This document shows, one piece after another, positions 51,741-62,852 of a DNA stretch of 64,000 nt. This stretch comes from Felis catus (taxonomy: Eukaryota). Location of the stretch: contig NC_058368.1 of NCBI RefSeq assembly GCF_018350175.1, positions 49,849,815-49,913,814 of the forward strand. Reading direction: 5' to 3'. The notes under the pieces are model-generated. The model did not search any database, was not told where the DNA came from, and saw only the letters and a program-made list of their open reading frames with translations. How positions within the stretch are numbered: position 1 is the stretch's first letter; the number at the start of each line of letters is the position of its first letter. Both the position numbers and the translations under genes were made by a program.

Positions 51741-51748
51741 GTCTAGAA

Positions 51749-51928
51749 CAGTAGTTGTCAAAGGTAATCCTGTACCAGCAGTATCAACATCACCTGGGAA
51801 CTTGTCAGAAACACAAATTCTGGACCTCACCCAAGGCTCACAACTCAGAACTCTGGGGGTGGGGATCCAGCAACCTGTCATTTTCACAAACCTTCCAGGT
51901 GATACATGCTAAGGTTTGAGACCCCATG
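51749..51928. mobile_element. hAT-Charlie MITE, MER5A-like
   Basis: CATCACCTGGGAACTTGTCAGAAACACAAATTCT...CAGAACTCTGGGGGTGGGG...CCTTCCAGGTGAT. Confidence 0.85.
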
Positions 51929-52116
51929 GTCAAGAAATAGATAAATATATATTGGTTAGCACTATTATTATTATTGATAATATATATCAATTATTATTAT
52001 TAACCTGGCTCCTAGAAGCTTAGAGTATAATTCCTGACACAGAACCAAATGCTGGATAATTGTGGTAGATCAAGCAAAAGAGAGACAACAAACTGTTAAG
52101 GTATAAGGTAGGCTTG

Positions 52117-52275
52117 GGACACCTGGGTGGCTCAGTTGGTTAAGCATCCACATTCAGCTCACATCACGATCTCGTGGTTCATGGGTTCAAGCCCCACATT
52201 GGGCTCTGTGCTGACAGCCCAGAGCATGGAGCCTACTTCAGATTCTGTGTCTTTTTCTTTCTCTGCCCCTCTCCT

Positions 52276-52328
<53 letters not shown>

Positions 52329-52359
52329 AAAATAAATAAACATTTAAAAAAATTTTTTT
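52117..52359 (+). mobile_element. Can-SINE
   Basis: Head, long CT tract, tail. Confidence 0.92.
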
Positions 52360-52375
52360 AAAAAGATATAAGTTT

Positions 52376-52601
52376 GGGGCGCCTGGGTGGCGCAGTCGGT
52401 TAAGCGTCCGACTTCAGCCAGGTCACAATCTCGCGGTCTGTGAGTTCGAGCCCCGCGTCAGGCTCTGGGCTGATGGCTCAGAGCCTGGAGCCTGTTTCCG
52501 ATTCTGTGTCTCCCTCTCTCTCTGCCCCTCCCCCGTTCATGCTCTGTCTCTCTCTGTCCCAAAAATAAATAAACGTTGGAAAAAAAAAAAATTAAAAAAA
52601 A
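52376..52601 (+). mobile_element. Young SINEC_Fc
   Basis: TSD AAAAAGATATAAGTTT at 52360-52375 and 52602-52617. Confidence 0.96.
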
Positions 52602-53015
52602 AAAAAGATATAAGTTTGGCTTAGGTAAGAATACTTGGGAAATCAAAGACTTTTTATATATTCTTTATTCCAAAGAACTCCTATATTTTCTCATATATTA
52701 ATTAGGGCACATATAATTTAGTCTTGCTCACAATCCACTTATCAAAATAAGTAATACAATTGCAAATATATATCTCCAACCTAACTTCCAATAGGAAAAA
52801 AAGGGTTTAATGCTAATTAACTCCAAGATCCTTAGTGGCATATTACTAGCTATTAGTTTTTATTGCTATAACTAACACACTGTACTTACATGAACATAGA
52901 ATAAAAAATTTATCAAATGCCATTTATTGTTTTAACAGAATAATCTGACCTTTGAAAAAGGTTTAGGATCAATGGGGAAGTTAAATATAAAGGGCTGTGT
53001 CAAAAAATAGAATAT

Positions 53016-53209
53016 GGGGCGCCTGGGTGGCTCAGTCGGTTGAGCATCTGACTCTTGATTTCAGCTCAGGTCATGATTTAGCCTCAGGTCATGATCCCAG
53101 AGTTGTGGGATCCAGCCCAGTGTCAGGCTCCATGCTGAGTGTGGAGCTCGCTTAAGACTCTCACTCTCCCTGCCCCTCTCTACGGTTCAAGCACTCTCCC
53201 TCTCTCTGA

Positions 53210-53261
<52 letters not shown>

Positions 53262-53277
53262 AATTAAGAAAGAAATT

Positions 53278-53325
<48 letters not shown>

Positions 53326-53575
53326 AAAGAAAAGAAAAGAAATAGAGTATGACACCATCCATTTTCATATCGCTTTTAATATTTCCATTATAACTAGAGA
53401 TATGCTTATATTGAGGCATACTGAACATGCGTCAAATTAGATAAAAGAATTATGGATGAGGGGTGCCCATCTGGCTCAGTCAGTAGAGCATGCAACTTTT
53501 GATCTTAGGGTCATGAGTTTGAGCTTCATGTCGGGTAAAGATTACTTAAAAAAATAATAAATAAACTTAAAAAAT
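53016..53575 (+). mobile_element. Two Can-SINEs (53016-53208 with GAAA tail; 53460-53575)
   Basis: Heads recognisable; the first carries an internal duplication of CTCAGGTCATGAT. Confidence 0.88.
53208..53342. repeat. (GAAA)n STR derived from a SINE tail
   Basis: Directly visible. Confidence 0.98.
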
Positions 53576-54885
53576 ATATAAGTTTGGTGAACATAGAAGG
53601 GTCATGCCCACTACCACCACTAGGCTATGTTCATGTCACCAGGCTTTTCAAACTCCCAAGTGAAAACTAAAATAAAATTAGTACATAATGGTTAACAGCC
53701 TTGGAAGAAGCCAACAGGGAAGGGCAAGGGCCAGACACCAGATCGTCTCTCAGAAGAGGGAAAACTAAATTCCACAATTGAAAAACAATTCAATCAAGCA
53801 GCCAGTGCACAATATTTAAAGAGTTGGGCAACAGGCACTGGCTGGTGTTCAGAGCGAGCAGCAGGAATGGGGAGGGCCAGCACAGAGTAACAAGGTACCC
53901 CAACAGGCACAGAGCATGCTACTATAGACCTGAGAGGAAGAAATATTTAGAAACCAAGCAAGAAGGCCATCAGTTTAATTTTAGGTATACTCAGGAAAAT
54001 CTCTCGGGGTGCCCAGCTACTGAGAATTAAATGGCTGAAACCAGGGCAAGAGGTTAATTGAAAAAGCTGGAAGCCGTTTAGGGCCTGAAAACAAATTAGC
54101 TTATTGGTTTATAAAAGGTCTCGGTCATAAATGTAGTTTTCCAAATTATATAACCTATTACTGAAAATGTTTATGAAGATACAACTGTGAGGGGCAAAAG
54201 AATGCCCCATTTGCTCAACCAGAAGTACAGTTTGACTTAGAAGCTAAAATTGATAATAAACTACTCAAAAGTTACATAAAATTGATAGTACAAAGTTCCA
54301 TGGTTCTAACTTTGAGAACTTTAGAAATGCATGTAAAAATTCACAACAGTTTCAAAGTGGAAACTATTGAACTAGTTAACTAAAATAAAAGAACCGAAGC
54401 AGCAAATTTAGGCTGCTATATTTAGCCGGGAAAATCCCATTACTTGGAGATCCTCTTTCCAACCCAACCTCTTACAAGAGATTAAACTTGGAAGAGATCA
54501 GTCACTTAAAAAATAGTAACCCCCATATCCTTTTGGCAGGGCTGCCAAAACCTGTGTTAGATTATCTGAAATTAAACCTACCAAAATTTTAATCCCATAC
54601 TTTTTCCCTTTCTATCTTGTGATTATGGATTATCAGGAATACATTAAATAACATCCAAAAGCTTAAACCTAGAGTTTTCTCTGAACTTAAGGGTTGTTCA
54701 GTATCCTTTCAAAGGTAAACGAAGAGGCTAACATCATTATTTTACTGTTACTTGATTTAAATATGTTCACAAAATCTAAATATAAACTTCATGTGCTTAT
54801 AGCTCTAGTTCTTAAACAGCTCTAGAATCAAACTCAATTTTCAAAATCCCCATAAACACACGTATAAAGCCAGTAACATTTATAT

Positions 54886-55033
54886 TAACATGTGAGGTGA
54901 AAGATATACTAATCAGCTTGATTATGGTAACCCATTTCATTTGATATAAAAACATCACATTGTCCCTTTAAATATACACAATTTTTATTTGTTAATTATA
55001 CCTCAATAAAGCTGAAGAGCAAAATAAAATAAA
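54886..55033 (+). mobile_element. L1MA-like 3' end fragment
   Basis: TGTGAGGTGA...CAATTTTTATTTGTTAATTATACCTCAATAAAGCTG. Confidence 0.8.
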
Positions 55034-55100
55034 ACTACTGTATTTTTAAAAAGTGACAGTGTAAAAGTTTATAATACTAACAACTAAAAACTCATTTTTC

Positions 55101-55327
55101 TTTTTTTTTTTAATTTTTTTTTTAACGTTTATTTATTTTTGAGACAGAGAGAGACAAAGCATGAATGGGGGAGGGGCAGAGAGAGAGAGGGAGACACAGA
55201 ATCGGAAACAGGCTCCAGGCTCTGAGCCATCAGCCCAGAGCCCGACACGGGGCTCGAACTCACGGACCGCGAGATCGTGACCTGGCTGAAGTCGGACGCT
55301 TAACCGACTGAGCCACCCAGGCGCCCC
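55101..55327 (-). mobile_element. Young SINEC_Fc
   Basis: TSD AAAAACTCATTTTTC at 55086-55100 and 55329-55343. Confidence 0.96.
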
Positions 55328-55516
55328 AAAAAACTCATTTTTCAACAACTGAATTCTACAGTAAAAGGAAACAGGCTTTAGAATCTGCCTGGACTATTAC
55401 AAACCTTGTGTCCTTGGGGTAACAATGTAACCTTTCTGTACCTCAGTTTTCTCATCTGTAAAACAGGAGGAATACTGGTACCTACTTGGCACAGTTACTG
55501 TAAAGATAAAATGTGA

Positions 55517-55697
55517 GGGGTGCCTGGGTGGCTCAGTCCATTAAGCACCTGACTCTTCATTTCAGCTCAGGTCATCATGATCTCACAGTTCGTGGGTTCC
55601 AGACCTGCATTAGGCTCCACGCTGACCGTGTAGAGGCTGCTTGGGATTCTCTCTCCCTCTTTCTCTGCCCCTCCCCTGCTGAAGCTCTTCCACACGT

Positions 55698-55744
<47 letters not shown>

Positions 55745-55790
55745 CTCTCTCTCTGTTGAAACAAATTAACTTAAAAAAATAAAAAATATA
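55517..55790 (+). mobile_element. Can-SINE inside a MIR
   Basis: Head, CT tract, tail. Confidence 0.9.
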
Positions 55791-56428
55791 AAATATGATA
55801 ACCTGGGAAAAGCACTAAGGTAGCTACCATCACCGAGCAAGAGCTCAATAAACATTAGCTTTTAAGGAAATGCATTGAAAAGCTACTCAGATAGACATGG
55901 AATGATACATGTAGTATCACGTTATAACCTTAAAGTAGCAAGCCAATGACATCCTTAGTTGATGCCCCCTAATGAGTTAATGTTATATAGACCATATTTC
56001 CAGCAAAATCTTTTTCTTGTTTAATAATTCTTAATATACTATTAAATTAAATTATAATTGATCTGTCCCTCATCTTACAAGGGGCTACGTCTAAGTAAGT
56101 AAGTGCATGTTGACTTGGTTCAGACATGTCAACATGGCCCAAATGAGATGGGACTCTAAAACAATCACCCTGATGATTTTAACAAAGTCCCTGGGATTGA
56201 AAACCAAAACCGAGTAAACATTGTTTGCAATAATTATTCAGCGTAGCCATCATCTTATTCACCAAAACGTCAACTCTATTTCTTTTTGCCTGGTTTTCTT
56301 AACAGCCAATATATCAAACATGCTGAATGCTGTTACTTCTCTGGATGCAAACAAATAAAACTTTAGTGTTTGCAAAATCTTATCATAATTTAACATTGGG
56401 ATGTACTCCTAAAAAACTGTCTATTCCA

Positions 56429-56638
56429 GGAGCACCTGGGTGGCTCAGTTGGTTAAGTGTCTGACTTCAGCTCAGGTCTTGATCTCGTGATTCATGGATT
56501 GGAGCCCCGTGTCAGGCTCTGTGCTGACAGCTCAGAGTCGCGAGCCTGCTTCGGATTCTGTGTCTCATTCTCTCTCTGCCCCTCCCCCACTTGTGCTCTG
56601 CCTCTCTCTCTCAAAAAATAAATAAATATAAAAAAAAC
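56429..56638 (+). mobile_element. Can-SINE
   Basis: Flanks ACTGTCTATTCCA / ATTGTTTATTCCA. Confidence 0.9.
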
Positions 56639-56926
56639 TTTTTTAATTGTTTATTCCATCTGCAGAACTTAAAACTTTGGCTTGAAAGGTAAAGTTTTCA
56701 TTCAACATATGGATAGTCTGAGGATACCTGGCAGAATAATGTTTATCTTGGGCAGATATGCAAAGCTTTAAGCTAGACATTGAAGAGTTCCTTAAAAATC
56801 TTCTATAGTCAGATTTTATCCCTCCTCACACTCATCTTGAACTTTCAAGTCTGAGTACAACTGCAAAAATAACCAAGGAAACAGAAGTGGTCATATAACC
56901 CAACAAATGGGTAAAATCTTTGAGGG

Positions 56927-57320
56927 CAGTGGATCCTCGAACTGTGGTCCCCAGGCCAGTAGACTGAGCATCATGTGGGAACTCGTTAGCATCAGAAAGT
57001 GAGTGCAGGGGTGCCTAGGTGGCTCAGTTGGTTAAGCATGTGACCGCTTCACGTCATGATCTCACAGTCCATGAGTTCGAGCCCCGCTCTGTGAGTTCGA
57101 GTTCGGGCTCCGTGCTGACAGCTCAGAGAGCCTGGAGCCTGCTTCAGATTCTGTGTCTCCCTCTCTGACCCTCCCCGTTCATGCTCTGCTCTCTCTGCCT
57201 CAAAAATAAATAAACATTAAAAAAAATTTAAATTGGAAAAAAAAAGAAAGAAAGTGAATGTAGTGCTTTAACAAGGCTTCCAGGTAATTCTGATGCATAC
57301 TCACATTTGGGAACCAGAGC
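56927..57320. mobile_element. MER5A-like MITE interrupted by a SINE
   Basis: TGTGGTCCCCAGGCCAG...GGGAACTCGTTAG before the SINE and TTTAACAAGGCTTCCAGGTAATTCTGATGCA after it. Confidence 0.7.
57008..57248 (+). mobile_element. Can-SINE inside MER5A
   Basis: TSD AGAAAGTGA(G/A)TG(C/T)AG. Confidence 0.9.
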
Positions 57321-57829
57321 TCCGGCTTATGATAAACAAGTTCTGATACTGAACGGTCTCAATATTCATTATAACTAACACTCCCTCACAACTGGGAGGT
57401 TCTGGGCACACATTTTTACCTTTCCCCCAGATATCAAAGTCAAGACTCTACCATGGAGCCAGGGCAAATTAACCTCCAACTCAGATCAGGAGGAGGAGAA
57501 GGCACACACACACACACAAAAAACTATAGCCAACACGAAAGGAGAGAGAGCTACCTGTCTAGAATGGCACAGTCTACTCAGCAGGCAAGGAGAAAAATAT
57601 GAAAACTTCCAGATTTCTATTCCTCCAGTTTCCTGACTAGTATATTCCCATCCCTCAACTATGAGTAAGAATTTCTGAGAAATGACCTTTTGAAAAATAC
57701 CAACAAAAGTAAATTGAAAATCGGTTACCTGAATAAAGCTCAGAAAATGCTAAGTGTTTAAGAACAACAACAACAAAAGTATAAATTTAAAGGACTTAGA
57801 GCTGGAAAAAAAACTGGTGGCAAGGTCTT

Positions 57830-58048
57830 TCTTTTTTTTAATGTTTATTCTTGAGAGAGACAGAGACAGAGACAGAGACAGAGCACAAGCGGGGAAGAGG
57901 CAGAGGGAAAGGGAGACACAGAATCTGAAGCAGGTTCCAGGCTCTGAGCTGTCAGCACAGAGCCTGACGTGGGGCTCAAACTCACGGACTGTGAGATCAT
58001 GACCTGAGCTCAAGTCAGAGGCTTAACCGACTGAGCCACCCAGACATC
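57830..58048 (-). mobile_element. Can-SINE
   Basis: Reverse-oriented body. Confidence 0.9.
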
Positions 58049-59295
58049 TTGCTGGCAAGTTCATTTTTAAGAATTTTAAGAACACAATTTATAAAATCTC
58101 TTTGAAATTACATTCTTTCAAGCTTCGATAAATATGTACATTAAAAAATCAACAAAAATTAAAGTAATAAGGTTTTTGTTTTTAAATGGTTGCTCAGTCT
58201 ATACTTAGGGAATATAATTTTCATGCAGAGTCTCATGCTAATGATAATTCACCTCTTTAATCTCTGACAATATTTATATAAACACTAACAACTGTTGATT
58301 TTTTATACGGTAAAATAGATATAACATGACACAATTTCTGCTTTTTAATTGGAAAGTTAAGATAATGCTATATAGTCTCTTTCTGAAAGTAGATAAAGAT
58401 AAAAATTTGAAGAATATTAGGGACCTACCCTAGGTCTTAGAGAATCACATATTCTCAGTTCTTCAACCAGTTTTAAGTCTATAGCTCAATTTATTCCAAT
58501 GGGAGTTTTAAACTAACATATAGTTAAGTACTTTTACTAGTTGAAATATCGAAATTTGGCCGAAATACGGCTGACATTCCTCCTGTGCAAGACCACACAG
58601 GCTTGAATAAATGGGAACCAATCTGCACAGGCATATATTTGATCTAGAACTGGTTCATTTGCTCCTGACCTCCTCCTCTCTCTGCACCTGGGAGAAACAG
58701 TTCACTAGGCCATTCTGGCTGAGTGCTCCTTCAGACCCCACGTCCTTAAATTGACTCTGACCCACCAAGAAGGTGTGGAGACAGAGGGCACATCACTATG
58801 GCAACTCCCCACAACAGACCCAAGCTGCTAGCATAGGACTCCCATCTCAGAAGTCACATGTTGATCCATCCCCCAAAAGATATGTGAGCAGATACTCGGC
58901 AAAACCTTATCATTTTATATACGGAAACCACAATCTTCCATCTCAGTGGCTGGGCTTGAACACAAACCGCCATTTAGCTGTGGTCACCGTATATCCTGGT
59001 CTTCCCTACACGGTCCAGGTTTATACTTGTTATGTCTGTGTAATTATTAGTGGTACCTCCTTTCTCAATAAAAAAACACTCCAGATTAAACAATGAATTT
59101 TATGGCCTCCTCCAGACAGGCCTATGTCAGGAAAGGGACAGGCATGAGAGACAAATGAGAGGCAAGTTTACTCATGGATGTTTGCAGGCCTACCGCTCTA
59201 GGCTACTTTCCATACTTTGTTCAGTGACTAGACACCTTTTAACAATGATCTTAAAGCCCAACTAAATAATTCTCCACTACAAATGTAGAACTAGA

Positions 59296-59510
59296 GGGGG
59301 TGCATGGGTGGCTCAGTCGGTTAAGCATCCGACTTCAGCTCAGGTCATGATCTCCCGATCTGTGAGTTCGAGCCCCACATTAGGCTCTGTGCTAACAGCT
59401 CAGAGCCTGGAGCCTGCTTCAGATTCTGTGTCTCCCTTGCTCTCTTCCCCTCCCCCACTCATTCTCTGTCTCTCTGTATCTCTCAAAAATGAATGAACAT
59501 AAAAAAATTA
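59296..59510 (+). mobile_element. Can-SINE
   Basis: TSD TACAAATGTAGAACT. Confidence 0.92.
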
Positions 59511-59844
59511 TTACAAATGTAGAACTCGGATGCAAAACAAACAGTAGGTCTCTTTCCTTCTGATCTCAAAGGTGTCCAGAACCATCCAAAGCCTACTCTA
59601 TGTGAGGCATACCACTAGATGATAATAATGTGAGGAATCCATCCCTTTAACCAGTTCAGCTGTAGAATCATCACTTCCGAGAATTTTACCTCTAAATTCT
59701 TCCCCCCAAATGGCCCTAACTCTCCCTACTATGAGAGCCATACCAAATGGATTCAGATGCTCACACGGAAATGTGGCAAAAAGCGCACAGTGTCTGATGA
59801 CTGCACTTGTCCATTCGACAAATGTTTATGAAAAAGATAGAAAG

Positions 59845-60040
59845 TGGCAGCCCTTAAACCTCTGAGGCCAAACCTCAGATGTGTTTTGTTTGGTCCAGAT
59901 AGAAATCTTAAATGTTTAAAATAGTCGCTAATCCTTGAAAACGTAAAGTCATATATAAAAATCCAGACTTCCACTCTTAGGAAATCAGAAGCTCTGACAA
60001 CACCAGGCCTGTATCTTTTTAACAGAGTTTGCAACTGGTG
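59845..60040. mobile_element. hAT-Charlie relic (MER102-like)
   Basis: AGATGTGTTTTGTTTGGTCC and ATAAAAATCCAGACTTCC...GAAGCTCTGACAACAC motifs. Confidence 0.55.
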
Positions 60041-61037
60041 CTGTGTAAGTAAGTCCTTAAGAAATGATGGCCACTGTCTAGGCCTCCACAGTCCTCACTC
60101 AATCATTCCCAGGCATTTGAGTTCGCAACCACTTACATACTGCTGGAGATAATCCTTAAGGGAGCAACATCTGGCCTTTCAAATTAAGGATCCTCTGCCA
60201 GGATTCTCTATGTTCAGAGTAAACTGGAATCCATATCTTTAGATCAAAGACTTAACTGGGAAATGGCAATAAATAGGAAAAGTTGTGTTTTTTTTCTTTT
60301 ATCAAAAGGACATATGGTTTCCACTGCTCCTACAGGATCAAAAGGGAGAAATGAGCCTAAGCATGTTATTATTTGTAAAATAATAGCACATTCAGCCTCA
60401 AACACCTAAATACATAATTAAGGTAAATAAAAGGGCATGTTTTTAATTGATCCCCTAACAATGAATCTGGGAGGGACTCAAAAGCCACAGTGAAGAATTC
60501 AAATTGCCATGACCCAACCCCCCCAACATAAATAAATTTCTACTATCAGTGAAATTAGCAATGATGTATCATGTATCACATCTGAACAAAATGACTTCAA
60601 CATAAAGTACCAAAAATCATAAAACATTCCTCAAAGTCCTGGAAAATGCAACTTCTTCCTCCTTACCGACAGAACCAAAAAAATCTTAATAAAAATGGTG
60701 AGAACTTTCAGACACAAAGAACTGCTGCACTCCCATTTTGACAGGGGTGAAAGCTAAAAATAATCTTGGAACACATAAGCACAAAGTGATGTTCACTTTA
60801 ATCATGGTTGGGATGTTTAGATTATCTGTAAAAAGGTATCTCAACATACATCTAACAGTGTCATATATGTTAAAACTGCTCACTTCATAATGGGAGCTCT
60901 GGATGTGGATATTAATCTAGTTTATAAAATAACTGATTAAATCTAAGACAATAAACTTTCATTTTCTTCAATTCAGCTACAGGCCTTTGGTGAAAAATTA
61001 CTGGTCTTTCAATTACAGTCACTAAAATAATGAACTA

Positions 61038-61234
61038 AGGGGAGTCCAACTCTGGATTTCGATTCAGGTCATGACCTCCGCGGTTTGTGAGATCCAGCCC
61101 TGCATGGAGCCCTGCATCAGGCTCCACAATGACAGTGTAGAGTTGGTTTGGGATTCTCTCTCCTCTCTCTGCCTCTCCCCTACCATGCTCCCGCCCACTT
61201 TCTCTCTCTCAAATAAATAAACGTGGAAAAAAAT
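61038..61234 (+). mobile_element. Can-SINE with deleted A-box region
   Basis: Body and tail recognisable; flanks AAAATAA(T/C)GAA(C/T)TAAGGG. Confidence 0.85.
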
Positions 61235-61944
61235 AACGAATTAAGGGCGCAAAAGCCTTATTTATAGGATGTTTTTCTCCTTTGTTGTTAATTTCCCAGC
61301 TACCAAAGGAACTGCCACGTGTTGCAACTGAGACTATATTTAGATCTAGATAACATGACTTTTCTAAAGAATCTAAAGTACTTTGCAAACATCAAATAAC
61401 TATTTTTAGAATAGCACTTTGGGGTTTATCATATAGTAAAAACGCTTTACACTTACTTTAAAACCAGTTTTCAAAGACATAATCACTGTCATAAGGTTTA
61501 GTTTAGATTCGTGTCGCCATTCAATAGAAAAGCGCGCCTGTTTTTAAGGAAGTAAAAAATGCACTGTTTGGTAACAGGCACCTCGATTTAGTAGACTTTG
61601 GGGAAATCTTAGAAAACAGATTTTGACCTCTTTTACGACACTGCTGTTTAAATCACCCAAGTTGATACTGATTCTGTCTCCAATAAGTGCATAAAAAAAT
61701 TGCAAAAGGAAAAAGTTTTCTTTCCACTCAACGAATCTAAACGCAGATTCCTATTCTGCTCGCTGATAATCTGACAAGAGTCCGCTAACTTCTCCCTAAA
61801 TCCCGCTCCGAAATAGCCTCCCAACTCCCAGACCAGCAGGTGCTGTGGTAACTAGGACTCCATGGTCCAAGTGGGTTAAGGTGCAGAACTCGACCAAGAC
61901 CGAGAGCGAGTGCAGGGCCTTTGGGAACCCGACACTCTTCCTTG

Positions 61945-61948
<4 letters not shown>

Positions 61949-61988
<40 letters not shown>
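61949..61988. repeat. (AC)20 microsatellite at the CpG-island edge
   Basis: Directly visible. Confidence 0.99.
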
Positions 61989-61990
<2 letters not shown>

Positions 61991-62354
61991 CCGGGTTTGC
62001 CATCTCCAGTCACACCCCAGACACCACTCTCCTCCCCAGACGCGCGCAGCTCGCTGCGTCCTCCTGTGGCGCGCACTCTCCACCATCCCAGGGACCACTC
62101 TCCGCCTCCTCCCCTCTCCCCTGCTCCTGCAAGGGTTTCATTCCCGCCGTCCAGCCGGCCCGCTAGCCCCGCACCCAAGCTCCCGACTCCTGGTCCTTGG
62201 GGCAGGAGGAGTGGACGCTGGAGCGTGCCACGTGGAAGGCGCGCGCCAGGAGCCCTGACCACAGGTCCTTCCCGAGGGGTCCCAAAGCCTCCAGCCCTGC
62301 TCCTCCACCCCGGGTGTGCCAGACCCGCCCCCGCGCCTCCAGACGCAGTCTTGC

Positions 62355-62852
62355 CTGGTTGGGGTCTGTAGCGCGGAAAACGTGGCAGGCCATCTGCGAC
62401 TCGGGGTCGTCTGGCTGCGCCTTGATCAGGTAGGCAAAGTAGGTGAGATCGTGGCTGTTGTGAATGAAGCGCGAGACATGCTGTGCCTTGTGCTCGAAGA
62501 TGAACACGGCCGGGTTGGGCTGCGCGGCCGCGGGGCCGACGCCCCCCGCGGCCCCGGCGCCGGGTGCGGGGACACAGCGCAGGAAGGGCGCGCTGAGCAC
62601 CAGAAGCACCTCGCGGGCGGCCGGCGCCCCGCAGCCGCCCGCGTCGGGCTTCTGGCTGCGCCGCCGGATCTCGGCCATGAGCCAGGGCAGCATGGGCAGC
62701 GTGGTCCTGTGGTCCAGGCACGACCCCCCCACGTACCACAGACGGAACCGCTTGTCGCCCGGCTTCCCGGGGCCCGGCTGCGCAGGGGCGCCCGGCTCAG
62801 GCTCCAGGGGGTGCGGGAACGGCTCATCCTGAACGCAGCTGGGGGGCTCCAT
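62355..62852 (-). CDS. TBC1D4: TBC1D4 (AS160) coding exon 1, 166 codons, including most of the first PTB/PID domain
   Basis: Translation [21 protein letters not shown]...[35 protein letters not shown]...[38 protein letters not shown] matches the TBC1D4 N-terminus as I know it. ATG context GTTATGG (G at -3 and +4). Similarity stops after ...ATDPNQ at CAG|GCAAGA, phase 0. Confidence 0.97.

Larger units (their letters stand above)
1..62354 (-). other. TBC1D4: TBC1D4 intron 1 (5' part; runs off the window)
   Basis: No continuation of the TBC1D4 protein recognised in the ORF track. Sequence is AT-rich and repeat-dense. Confidence 0.88.

Noticed and set aside
54531..54550. Inverted repeat TTTTGGCAG-GG-CTGCCAAAA resembling an NFI site or terminator
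   Set aside because: Spacer between TTGGC and GCCAA is 6 nt rather than the canonical 5, and intrinsic terminators are irrelevant in a mammalian intron. A single short palindrome is weak evidence.
56103..56140. Cluster of CATG cores resembling a p53 element, with inverted repeat CATGTTGAC/GTCAACATG
   Set aside because: No two adjacent well-matching RRRCWWGYYY half-sites.
5735..59496. Recurring short ORFs such as MAQSVK...SAQVMISR... and GAPGWRSRLSVRLQPGHD...
   Set aside because: Translations of Can-SINE bodies, not a gene family, CRISPR-like array or repeat-protein system.
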